Assembly (NCBI GenBank): GCA_965203295.1
Contig: CBDBCZ010000010.1
Location: 375,366 to 439,365, forward strand
Direction: 5' to 3'
Length of the DNA: 64,000 bases
From: Nitrospirales bacterium
GTDB taxonomy: Bacteria > Nitrospirota > Nitrospiria > Nitrospirales > UBA8639
Shown piece after piece: positions 12,405 to 24,362 of this stretch. How positions within the stretch are numbered: position 1 is the stretch's first letter; each line of letters opens with the position of its first letter. The notes under the pieces were generated by a model that saw only the letters and a program-made list of their open reading frames with translations, was not told where the DNA came from and searched no databases. A program made the position numbers and the translations under genes.

Positions 12405-14775
12405 GGGTAATTCCATGCCAAATCAACACAAAAAAATGAGCACCACCTCAGATTTCAATGAAACTCAGGGAATGTGTTCATTACCCCAAGGTATTATGTC
12501 ACACACAATTTGGCACCTCAATGTTGTATGGCTTCTACATTACAGTGCCGTAAAAATCCAAGTTTTTTGATCACCTTACTCAACATTCAAGGCCATAACT
12601 CTACCACTGTTTGAAAGTAGACTACACGATTTATACCAAATTATACCTTGAAAAAATCTCTATCACATGATGTTTTGTGGGCGTGGTCACTAATTAAGAG
12701 GTCAGAGGTTATTCATTTAAACGGTTAATTAAGTATAACTCAAAAACGACATCATTAATTTTTTTAGCTTTTTCTCCAATTAATGTATGGGGTGTACTCT
12801 ACAATCTGTATAAATTTTAGGGTGGGACCATAATGGGCCTAAACAATATGGCTTCATTTGTTTACTTGGGTTCATGAGTTCATAGTAGTACTATTCTTAT
12901 TGTACCCATTTTACTGCATTATGTTGGAAGTATCAATACTTTAACGTTAGTTCTGTCTGTCCGTGTGTGTGTAACGGATGTGACGCCCGCTAATCATCAC
13001 CCTCGAATGCGCGAGAAGGTCGTGACGTCATCACACAGTACACGCACACTTTGACCGCTGCATCGACGGGATTATTATGACGGCTCACTTCGAGCACACT
13101 CTATCACAAAGGTTAGTGGCTAGTTAGTCATGTAAGCATGCACAGCTGTAGTACTCTGCTTAGTACGCTAGACAAACGACGATGTGCATTAAATGGAGTC
13201 ACTGCCATTCGCCTGAGCTGCATGCCGGTACATGTATGTAGGCTATGGTTGTGAAGAGCTAGGCTTCGGTCCTAGCTTACCTGTTTTGTTTTGTAGTTCC
13301 TTGCAGTCTCTCAGGCATAGATAATATACGTATATTATCTCAAATCTGTAGCTTCGTCAGGAACATGTCAGCTACACTATAGTCTACCTCTCACATATGG
13401 TAGATGCTCAACAAAGTGCTTTGGCTGTTGAAAGAACATGGTGTGCACACATGCTATGCACTTTTCCCCACTGGTGGTCAATTTTTAGCATAAAAGTTGA
13501 GGCCTGAATGTAGAGCCTTCATGCGTGGCTAAGTCAGCAGCACTACTGTAATTGGCAGATGCTAAATGTTCCATAAACACATCACATGGAGGTAGCACTT
13601 TTCATTTCTATCCGTAGACAGAGCGAGCGAAGCGAGCGAGTTCAAAAAGCAGAAGTAGTTGCGCGAGCGCAACTACTTGTACTACATAATTGATTCACAT
13701 TGTGTATTTTAGACAGTATTATCAAGTACATTACACAAAACAATCTATTCATAATAGATTACACACTAACCAAAAAAGAAAGCCAACTTGCTACTCAAAA
13801 ACTAGCTCTATTATGAACAATAGATTGTTTTGTGTAATGTACTTGATAATACTGTCTAAAATATACAATGTGAATCAATTATGTAGTACAAGTAGTTGCG
13901 CTCGCGCAACTACTTGTGCTTTTTGAACTCGGTGCAGCTCAGGCGAATGGCAGTGACTCCATTTAATGCACATCGTCGTTGTTTGTCTAGCATACTGAGC
14001 AGAGTACTACAGCTGTGCATGCTTACATGACTAACTAGCCACTAACCTTTGCGATAGAGTGTGCTCGAAGTGAGCCGTCATAATAATCCCATCGATGCAG
14101 CGGTCAAAGTGTGCATGTACTGTGTGATGACGTCACGACCTTCTCGCGCATTCGAGGGTGATGATTAGCGGGCGTCACATCCGTTACACACACACGGACA
14201 GACAGAACTAACGTTAAAGTATTGATACTTCCAAGTATAACTCACATAATGCGGTCTAAACCAGTAAAATGGGTACAATAAGAATAGTACTACTATGAAT
14301 TCATGAACCCAAGTAAACAAATGAAGCCATATTGTTTAGGCCCATTATGGTCCCACCCTAAAATTTATACAGATTGTAGAGTACACCCCATACATTAATT
14401 GGTGAAAAAGCTAAAAAAATTAAGGATGTCGTTTTTGAGTTATACTTAATTAACCGTTTAAATGAATAACCTCTGACCCCTTAATTAGTGACCATGCCCA
14501 CAAAACATATCATATGATAGAGATTTTTTCAAGGTATAATTTGGTATAAATTGTGTAGTCTACTTTCAAACAGTGGTAGAGTTATGGCCTTGAATGTTGA
14601 GTAAGGTGATCAAAAAATTTGGGTTTTTACGGCACTGTAATGTAGAAGCCATACAACATTGAGATGCCAAATTGTGTGTGACATAATACCTTGGGGTAAT
14701 GAACACATTCCCTGAGTTTCATTGAAATCTGAGGTGGTGCTCATTTTTTTGTGTTGATTTGGCATGGAATTACCC
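12405..14775. mobile_element. Non-autonomous long-TIR (foldback) DNA element, possibly Sola2-like
   Basis: About 820-bp near-perfect inverted arms (12405-13222 and 13933-14775) starting GGGTAATTCCATGCC. CAAG duplicated at 12401-12404 and 14776-14779 (an AA TSD with GGGG ends fits equally). No transposase inside. Confidence 0.9.
13637..13931. repeat. Nested ~120-bp inverted repeat with internal hairpins
   Basis: 13637-13758 is the reverse complement of 13808-13931; each arm contains the hairpin AAGTAGTTGCGC..GCGCAACTACTT. Confidence 0.85.
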
Positions 14776-16141
14776 CAAGGCTTCCTTATTAGCAGGGTCA
14801 AAGATTGTCTGAACAGATACTGCAATGCATAGTTCAGGCAGGTTTTTTGGGCAAATGATCTGTATGACAAAAACTCTTGCCACAGCTTCTTCCCATCTAC
14901 TCCCATTAGATCTCCTAACTCAGTGATGGTAGCTGGGGTAGTAGCCTTTGATACATTCTGGGGATCAACATAGCCTAAGAGTGTTATGGTATGGACCTGA
15001 GGGAAACAACCACGTATGTTGTCAATCACTGCTGTTATGTACTGTGAAGGAGTTGTCTGAAATTGCTGATTTCAGCATCCCTTAAGGTATCTTCAAGATA
15101 TTGCATAAAGCCTCCTTGGAGTGGGGAGTCCTTGAGTGCTTGCAGAGCAGACAAGGCCCCATCAAGGATCTGCTCCACAGAAAGCAGGTTGAGGGTAGCA
15201 ATTTGGAAGCAGCGAGAAAGATGACCCAACACTGAAAGGATATCAGACATGAGCAGAAGTGCAATGAAGTTGGGCTTTGAAACTTCCAAAGCTAACCCTT
15301 GAGCTGTAGCATCACCCTCACTAGCCTCTTGCTCTATATTTGCCTTAACAGCTTTCAAACTCGGTCGCAGAGCATCCACTGTGATAACCATCGGGTTTCT
15401 GCAGCCCGCTTGAGTTAGGCTCATTCATGACCCGTTGCATCTCTCGAAGCTCAGGTGATACCAATGGCCCTTACCATCTCATTCATGGTCATCTCAGACT
15501 CATAATTGAGATTTTTGGCCTTGTGCAGCCTCCCGAGGGTATCATTGCCAAGAAGCTCACAGAAATCCTTTAACCGCTTCCTTGTCCACAGTAAGCGTGT
15601 CGGCTTCTTTGAGCGCTTGTGAAACCGTAGCACCCAGTGCAAGCCGACGTTCTCTCTCTCTATAGCCTGCTGCTGAAGCCTGGTGAGAGTCGGAGTGCTG
15701 ATGCTGGACTAGCTTATCCGGGCGCGTACCTGTAAACGGCGACGTCACAAACACCGAGGAGCCGCTCAAGAGACCTGTTCCCGTTTTACAATGCAAACAG
15801 TAGACGCCATCGCCTTCTACAGTAATCCAAGGATGCTTGTTGCGCCACTTAGCAGCAGCAAACGATCTCCATGACACTACAGCTCCGCGGCGAGAGCTTG
15901 GAGTGCGAAGCACGTCCCATCCCCGATTGGAGGCGCTCGGTTCACGAGGCGCGGTTGGTATCGGCGATTCGACTGAAAGCGCTCGATGATTCAAAGCCTT
16001 CAGTGAAAAAGAGTGTCTTCTGGCCGGCAACTAACCTCGGTTTCTTAGCTTTGGGAGGCATGATCGATCTCAGCTCAAGCTAATAGCTGCGCAAAAACTA
16101 CACGTGGTGCAATTAAGGGGCGTGGTCAATAATTTTATTAA

Positions 16142-19100
16142 CCCTTTGGCTTCTATGAGCGCATATATGCGCGCTTAACATACCTTGCGGCTAACCGCCT
16201 CGCAGCACTTCACGACGCTAGCAGTAGCAACGATTGCATGCTAGTTTCTTCGGGCATGCCTTGACCTTTGTACTGATATATAGTTTATGAATATTCATTA
16301 CTTCCTGTACGGCAAATAATTACCACAAAAAATGTAAACATTACAAGTGGCGCTAACGTGCAGCTGGCCCGCGTCATTGAAAGTTTCAACGATGTCGAAT
16401 GCGCGATTATTCTACGGCTCGAGAAAGCAACCCGCCATAGCGCCTCCAGACTGGATGGTACGCAGTCAGGTACCCAAGGATGGCCAGGAGAGTGATGATC
16501 CTGACTGGGGTGGCGGGGAAGATGGTGATCTGTCAAGCAATAGCGACTGGTGTGACGATGGTAAGCAAAATGTTGCATTACAACAATAAATGCCATAGAT
16601 ATAGGCAGGCAAGACAACAACTTGTAACTAAAAAACTATTCTTCATGTCTACTTGAAGACTATGACTGGGGCAGCCCGACCAGTGCTGCAGAGCCGCCCA
16701 CCACCCCAGCAGGTCCACCTACATCTGCAGCTCCGCCTACTCCTTCTGCAGTGCCAGATACGCCTCCAACACTGCCATCAGCAGGCCCGTCCTCATCCTC
16801 CAGCAGTTCCGCTATCTATAGGTACACCTGATGACTGTATATATGCTGTTCCCAGATAACCAGTGCTCACTCAATTGTTTGTAGCTCACGAGCATCCCCC
16901 TCTGCCTCCCTGCCTGGACCATTGCTGCGCAGCAGGTCCTCGTCATTGGCAGGTCGAGGCAGGAGAGGAGTCGAGTCACTGTCGCGGCAGTCTCCAGATA
17001 GCTCGCCATCCCCTGAGCGTCTACCTCAGCGCACACAATCTGCAGGGAAGAGGAAATGCTATAGGAAGGAGGGAGGCTCACAGCAGAAGAAGGGACGCAC
17101 GGCTGGTGGCGGAAAAGGAAAGGGGAAGGCAACTGGCAGTGCAAAAGGCAAGGGGAAACCCAAGCAAAGAACCAGTGCACTCTGGAACACCACCGACCCT
17201 GCAACCACCTACCCAGAGTTCGACCATGAGTACGGGCCTACCATCGCCCTATCATATGATGCTGCCCCCACAGATTTCTTCACCCAAGTCTACCCACCTC
17301 AGCTGATCGACTTGATTGTAGAACAGACAAATCTCTATGCGGAGCAACGAGGAGTCACTGGGTGGGTAGACACCACGGCCAGAGAAATAGAGGCCTTCTT
17401 GGGGTTCGTGATGGCAACATCTGTGCACTCGGTGCCTCGCCTCAACAACATTTGGTTGAGCGACTGGATCCTCGGGGTTCCAGCACTAGCCGCCATCTTT
17501 CCCCGGTACCGATTCTGGCAGCTGTGGGCGAATCTGCACCTGGCCGACAACACTCTGGCCCCAAGTCGCACCGAGCCCTCGTTTGATCGGCTGTACAAGC
17601 TCTGGCCACTGCTCAACATCCTGGGGGACGCCTTCGAAGCAGCGCACGAACCATCACAGCAGCTGTCGGTGGATGAGGCGATGGTGCGATACAAGGGGAG
17701 GTCGTCCCTCAAGCAGTACATGCCGAAAAAGCCGGTCAAACGGGGGTTCAAGATCTGGTGCCTGTGTGACGCCAACGGGGGCTACCTGTAGAAGTTTCAA
17801 ATTTACACAGGTATAAAAAACAGCATGGTAAAAATAAACATTCACGTACCTAACTCACTCACCTGTCTAAGTTGTCAACATCACTTGTTTTGCCCCTGAA
17901 ACACTTCTCTAATCTCTGTCCATCCCGCCAACTAGGAAAAGAGTCCGAAACCGCTCCTCCTCCCGCTGGCGAAGGCTTGACATACAGAGTCGTCACAGAT
18001 CTCTGTGAAAAATACTCCGGTAAAACCACACATGTACATACATGCATGCAAAATCTACTGACTCACAAGTCTCCTTCACCTACAGACAAGAACCATGTTG
18101 TCTACTTGGACAACTTCTTCACCAGCGTAAAGCTGGCGGAGGATCTTGAGGCACAGCGGACTTTCTGCACTGGCACCATCCGCACCAACAAGCTCCACGC
18201 CGTCCCTGAGCTCTTGGACAAGACCACACTGCGGTCAATGGAGCGAGGGGACTATATGGTGAGGACGAAGGGGACCATAGCGCTGACGGTGTGGAGAGAC
18301 AACAAAGAGATCTATCTTATCTCAAATGGCTACCCTGTGTCTGGTGACGTCACTGTTCCGAGGAAGAGGAAGCAGGGTGGTGTCGTTCAGGAGATATCTT
18401 GTCCTCCAGCCCTACCAGGGTACAATAAGTACATGGGGGGGGGGGGGTTGACCAGAACGACCAGAAAAAATCCTACTACGCCATCAACCGACGGTCTCGG
18501 CGGTGGTGGCTGAGGATATTTTTTCACTTCCTCGACGTGGCGGTGGTGAACGCCCACTGCCTCTACTTGGAGAACAGACAGCAAGCATTCCATCCCCCAC
18601 TTCTCCCGCAGCCTCCAATGGATGTCTTGGGTTTTCGTTGCGCCCTGATCCATTCCTTCTGCGACCAATTTACCGCGCGCAAGCCCACTGGCCGTCCACC
18701 GAGTGTTACTCGACCGCCAGCCGTTCTGAGCGGCAACCACAGCCTTGTGCACGTCAGTGCCCTTGGAATGGCGAGGGGAAGGTGCCACTACTGCACACTT
18801 CGAAAAGGTCGCCGCCAATCCAGCGCTGGAAGACCCAGAAGGCGCAAAGAAACTTCGTTTGCTTGTTCTGTTTGTCGTGTTCGTCTTTGCACAACTCCGT
18901 GTTACAGTCTGCACCATCGTTAGTTCTTGTACTCCCTTTATCTGTCTGTCCGTCTCTATAGCCTGTCTGTGTTCTTTTGAGCCATATTCTAGGCCACATC
19001 TACCTCCTATTACTCGTGATTCATAGAGATTCTACTCACTACCTAGTCTCTGCAATACTCAAACATGAAAATCACCTGATTTTACAGCGCGTGCACAAGT

Positions 19101-19272
19101 CACGTGATCAACACGTGTTGCCATGGCAACGCATTGTGCCTCAGGGGATTTCCCCTCAGGCATCTTCCCTTTAGTTAGCTATGTAGGCCCAGAAGGAGGC
19201 AGTAGTTTGTTGGATTGTTGGAGGTAAGCTCACACATAGTTATAATTTACTGAAAACTCGGAAGCCAAAGGG
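16142..19272 (+). mobile_element. Full-length piggyBac transposon
   Basis: TTAA (16138-16141) CCCTTTGGCTTC ... GAAGCCAAAGGG TTAA (19273-19276): perfect 12-bp TIR enclosing a transposase gene. Confidence 0.95.
16392..18923 (+). pseudogene. Spliced piggyBac (PGBD4-like) transposase with a premature stop and a frameshift
   Basis: Predicted exons 16392-16560, 16659-16821, 16885-17810, 17936-18019 and 18086-18923, all GT-AG and phase-compatible. Motifs LSVDEAM, KKPVKRGFKIW, YLDNFFTS, YNKYMGG-VD and a C-terminal Cys-rich domain (CHYC...CSVC...C...CYSLHH). TAG at 17789-17791; 13-G run at 18435-18447. Confidence 0.9.
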
Positions 19273-20719
19273 TTAACTAGTAATGCGAGTCTATTTTACG
19301 TTGCACCTTCAGACACCTCTATCAGTGTTTGGCTTGAGTTTTTCTGGAGAGCTAAAAAGCCACGAGAGCGCTTCCTGAACGTGAAAAAAAAGGGGTTAAA
19401 ATTTATTCACGCTTCGCGCGGGGCCACGCTACGCGCACACTTCAGCTGCTTTGCAGCTGATCATCTAAAATGTGCCCTTCGGCCCGCGAATCCTGGCAAG
19501 AACACTGATGTACATGCATGCATGTTGCAAACGTGATTATGCTCCATTCGTTAGTTTAGCATTTTTACTACATGTAGCTACGATTCATATCCCTTTCATT
19601 CCTTCCACGCTTATAGGCCCCTCAGGTGCTCGTCGAAAACGCCGTATCACATGTCGGCGCCGGCGCAGGTCCTGATCGTGAAGCTGTCAAGACCTCAACA
19701 ACTGGCCAAGAAAACAGCTCGGCAGCTGGCCAAGAAAGCCAAGAAAGCCAAGAAAGCGGCACCGCCGAGTAACCCCGGCATGCATAGCTAGCGTTAGGAC
19801 TCCCACCATGGGACTCATCTTCAGCTACCCTTCCATTTTCTATATCTTTACCCTGAAATACCTGATGACTTTATTACCCCTGAATACTCCCACCATGGTC
19901 TCTCAAGTTTACATTTACTCCCATTTTTTTATATCCCTGAAATACATGTAATGATGACAAACCCCAAATTTCATGACTGATTAAATTTTTAAGTTTAAAA
20001 TTCACTGACAAAAACTATAATAGTTTCTTACAAAAAGAAGTCATACAGAACCACAGTATGGCCTATGGTTCTCAGCCGTACACATAAAAGAAGTGGAAGA
20101 TCACAACTAATGAGGGAAGACATACTTGTCCCCTTAATTGTAAACAGTGCATGCTGTAGAGGTGAAATTTCTATAAACGAAACCTTGAGGTGTTAGAGCA
20201 AATCAATGCTATTCTACACTGTCTTCAAAGTCGTATACATAAGCTGGTTGATAACCGCAGTATGTACTGATCTGCGCTACTTTTATGCTAGTACTAGTAA
20301 GAGAGTGAGGGTATAAGCATTAGCCAATGGCATGGCAAAGGGCCATGTCCAGACAGGTGCCAAGGTGAACTGTGGTCAGAGTGGAGTGGCATGTATTCAT
20401 ACAGTTTATTCCTGATTAGTTTCGCAGGCCACCGCACTTCCGCACCGAAGGAAGGTGTTCTAGGGAATTGCCATACTGGCGTTCGTCCCACCCCTCTCTG
20501 GAGTGCGGTCCAATCACAGTGCAGTATTTGGTCACATGATAAACAAGAATGCAATTAACAAAAGATTATGTAGGCATTCTGGGAAACATTTCTGCACAGC
20601 ACTCTTCTGTCTCCCTTCGAGGTCTTGCAGCCCCAGCAAAGACTGAAAGCACGTGATGCAATCCTACCATTGCACCATTTGTGCTTGGACGAGCCAGCTA
20701 ACGTGGTGATACGGTCCAT

Positions 20720-20998
20720 CCCTGAGAATGAGCCAACCCTTGAGTAATAAGCCCACCCCTGAGAATGATCCCACCTGAGTATAAGCCCACCCATAAGTAT
20801 ACACCACTCCTGAGTGTGATGCCACCTCTGACCCACCCCATAATATGAGCCCACCCCTGAGAATAAGCCCGCCCCGAACCCACTCCTGAGTATGAGCTCG
20901 CCCCTGAGGATAACCCACCTTTGAGTATAAGCACACCTCTGAGTATATGCCTGCCCCTGACCCACTCTAAGTAAGAGATCGCCCCTGAGAATAACCCA
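20720..20998 (+). repeat. Degenerate ~18-20-bp minisatellite (CCCACCCCTGAGAATAAG)n
   Basis: More than ten imperfect tandem units are visible. Confidence 0.8.
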
Positions 20999-21792
20999 AG
21001 ATAATAATAAAAATAGCATGAAGATACATCAGTTCCCTGGTTCAGGCAGGCTCTAATTGTACTGCATGTGGCACTGTGGTCATTGGTCATAGAACCACCA
21101 TCACATGAGCAACAGGGTAGTGCACTGGAATAGAGGTGTAAATTCATACGATTGCAGCTGTCATAATTTTTATCACACACTCACTGACACACAGAACATT
21201 CCTTAACTGGTGGGGAGCCTCAGGAAAAACACCAAATGTGTACATGCATGTACTGTTGTGGAAATTGACTTTCTCAGTCAGTGTTCTGGTAACACTTGTG
21301 TTCATGCTTTGTTTTTTAACTCAGTGTTGCATGACAATTCTTTTGTGGTCCACTGGTTACAGGGGCCTGTTCATTCTCTGTACACATCCACTCAGCTCAC
21401 TCTTGCCAGCCACTGCCGCTTACATGGTATTTGTGTATATTTGTTTATTCAAGTTACCATACGTGTCCTGTCATGCAATTTCTGCATATAAATATATCAC
21501 ATATACACTGTAAGCTAACTGTGACCTTTATAACACCAGAAAATATTTCCTATAACTTTCCTCACAAGAACTATCAGTAAACTTCTTATTACATTTCCTA
21601 AGGAAACTTCAGTAGAAAACTTTTGGAGTTTCCTAATGAAATTTTCTGGTGCTATTTCTATGTGATTTCTTGCATAATGTTTCCAATAAGTATTAGGTAA
21701 TCTTGAAATCTGTAGTTTCTGTAAAGTATCATGTCATAGGAAACCCAGAGCAATGAGATTTCTGGAAGTGTAACCCATCAGGAAATACACTA

Positions 21793-22377
21793 CCGTAGAC
21801 TCGGGTTATCAGGCGCACTTCGTTATGTAGCGCACATACGCTATCAGGCGCATGCTCGCTTCTTGGCCCAAAGCCGCAAAAACCTCATTAAGAGGCGCAT
21901 GTTCCAATTAAACGAAATACGGGGCGAAGCAACTGCACAAAAAATTGAACAGAGACTGCTAGCAGCTAGCTAAGTGAGAGGATAACTTTCTAGGGATCAC
22001 TTTGCAACCGCCCAGTAAGTTTCTAGCTAAGTCAAAGGCCTACAAAGGAAGTAACCATGCACCGATTCTCATTCGAGTTGATCGAGCACACTCTCATCTC
22101 CGACCGCTCTTCGCCGATATTCATCTACGACCGCTCTCTGCCAAGTTACATCGCCGACCGCTTTGATAAGCTGCGATTCCATTCAGTAGTCGCTAATCTG
22201 ATACTGGTAACAGCAACAATTTTATGGCTAGCTACCGTAAATTTACCCCGATGACGTCATGAAAAACTAGGCGTTGTCAACCTTTAACCCTCACTATGTA
22301 GCGCACTTCATTATGTAGCGCATATATTTTTGCTAATGTCCCCACTAGCGCATGCGCTTGATAACCCGAGTGTACAG
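21793..22377. mobile_element. TA-flanked pogo/Tc1-mariner-type MITE
   Basis: TA|CCGTAGACTCGGGTTATCAGGCGCA ... TGCGCTTGATAACCCGAGTGTACAG|TA. Confidence 0.85.
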
Positions 22378-22868
22378 TATTTTTATAAGCTATACAAGAG
22401 GAATGAACTTCACCATGTAAGTTATAAGTTGCTACAACAACACGAGACACAATATTTGCAAATATTAAAAACTGATTTTCGTAGGAGGGTTCATACAGGT
22501 TTTGGCACCAGACTTCACATGATATGGTGGATTTGTAGCCAACTCACAACAGTAAAGAGGTAAAATTTGCTCTGTTCTTCAATTGTAGGCAAAGTAACTG
22601 TGAATGTGTGTTTTAACAAATGCCGGATATACACAGGACAAAGTTCACTATCAGTAGAGAATGAAAAATGTTTTGCAAGCACGTAAAGGTTAGAAGCTTT
22701 CCCTTCACTTTCGGAGGACGACTTACTTCACTGGTAGAAATGTGATGTTTCAGTTGATGGAATTACGAAATTGTCGCTAAAAAATAGGGATCGGTAGTGT
22801 GGATAAAGTTGGGAGTAAATCTGCTTTAGAACAGTGACACACTGGGAACCTAGGACAGTTAAGCTTAC

Positions 22869-22918
22869 TAGTCTTGTGCCCTGACCGTTGCTAGAGAAAT
22901 GATCTGGGCACGAGACTA
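22869..22918. mobile_element. 50-bp hairpin mini-element (TAGTCTYG...CGAGACTA type)
   Basis: TAGTCTTGTGCCC ... GGGCACGAGACTA inverted termini. Related ends occur near 28990 and 36835. Confidence 0.55.
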
Positions 22919-24362
22919 AATTATTACGGATTACCAGTGGTGAATTTTCTTGCAAAATTCAAAAATGAATACTGATTTGTTAGAGTTCTTAGGCGAAACA
23001 TTTGCCAAGGTTTTGACTAGGCTGCTAATCCAGAGCACTAAGAAAGATCAAGAGTGCTCGAGTTAAACAGGAAGAAAGCTCCTGGTTTGCTAGGTGAGTG
23101 TACTCAAGGCTAAAATTTGCTCGCCATTCCTTTAAGCTTTGATGAATGCTTGGAACGAGACCACCATGTGACCACTTAATACGGGCTATGTAGCTTGGCT
23201 GTCTCCACTCGTACTCCTCTACATGCTTTGCTAGGGGGTGGGGGGGGGGGATTTAGAATAGCAAAGCCTTCTAGAGAGTATACCCCACTGAATTTTTTTT
23301 ACAATAACTTCTGGTCAATCGTGACATAACTTTTCAACATTTTGAAAGAAATCCCAGCTTCCCCCCCCCCCCCACACACACACTGTTTGAGAACCTGACA
23401 TGTACATGCGATGCTAGATGTGTGGTGGGAAACTATTGGGCTATAGGGCTGTTGGGGTGGAGGAGGAAACGAAGGGTGAATTTATTTCAGTCTATGGGGT
23501 ACTTTTTTATGTACTTAGAATGAATTTTACTCAAGGCAGTGTTCAGATGATTGATACTACCATTATCGTACTGATCGTACAACTCTGAGTAGTTCTGAAA
23601 CTGAGGGAGAACCAGATGAAAATGATAGGAGTGTACGAAGCCCATCCGTTATTCCCAGGTTGCCAAATATCCCAGCTTCCAAAAACGTTGGACAGCTCCC
23701 ATTTAGTGTATCACAAGGGAAGGACTCCTCTGGGTCAGGAGCAGCAACAACCCTGGCTCAGGGATTGAGCAATAGTTTGAACTCTCCCCTTGCTCGTCCT
23801 GGTGCCTCCGATGGTCGATATAGCAGATCAAGGTCTCTTGCCTTTATTATCGGGAGTTATCACCCCTCTCTAGTGGTACTGGTGGTCGAGATAGTGAGTT
23901 ATCTCCCCTCTCTCATACCGGTGGTTGAGATCGTGAGTTATCACCTCTCTCTTGTACTGGTGGTCAAGATTGTGAGTTTTCTCCCTTTTCTAGTCATACT
24001 GGTGGTCTAAATGGTGATTTCCATTCACTACATCCGCCCACTTCTGGTGATAAGTTGCCCACCCTTCCATGTTCTGATGCACCAAGATCAGAGTTGTCTG
24101 AGATTCTCTCTGAGTCAAAAAAAAAAACCACATCGAGACTGGAACGGATTGAAGACAGGCTTGAGAAATTTGAAGATGAACTCCCAACTAGGAGTGCATC
24201 ATCCTTGATCTCAGTTTAAGAGGAAAGTTCCTACAAAGGTTCAGATGAGTGTTTTCTCGTGGTTAGACGCAATTATTTATGAATTAGTTTCCCATTTTTA
24301 GCATCTGGGGCAGGTGTATAAAACCATAATCGAGGATGATGAGAACTTGAATTTGATTGGTA

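Larger units (their letters stand above)
12095..16061 (-). pseudogene. hAT (ZNF862-like) transposase, internally deleted and split by a foldback element
   Basis: ATG at 16061 (MPPKAKKPRL). N-terminal TTF-type zinc finger (KWRNKHPW...VYCLHC...HQHSDSH), LKRAAETRWLS motif near 15380-15415, and hAT dimerisation domain VLPASSADVERLFSTMKRIKTAQRNRL. Frame is continuous (DPANKEA|LTTAYP) when 12405-14775 and one TSD are removed. Confidence 0.9.

Noticed and set aside
19277..19500. Possible hAT terminus (CAGGATTCGC on the minus strand)
   Set aside because: I found no partner TIR or 8-bp TSD beyond the 3' end of the hAT ORF.
20720..20998. CRISPR-like array
   Set aside because: The units are contiguous and degenerate with no unique spacers, there are no cas genes, and the context is eukaryotic.
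23520..24350. Ser/Pro-rich coding-like stretch
   Set aside because: No recognisable domain, consistent frame or convincing splice structure.
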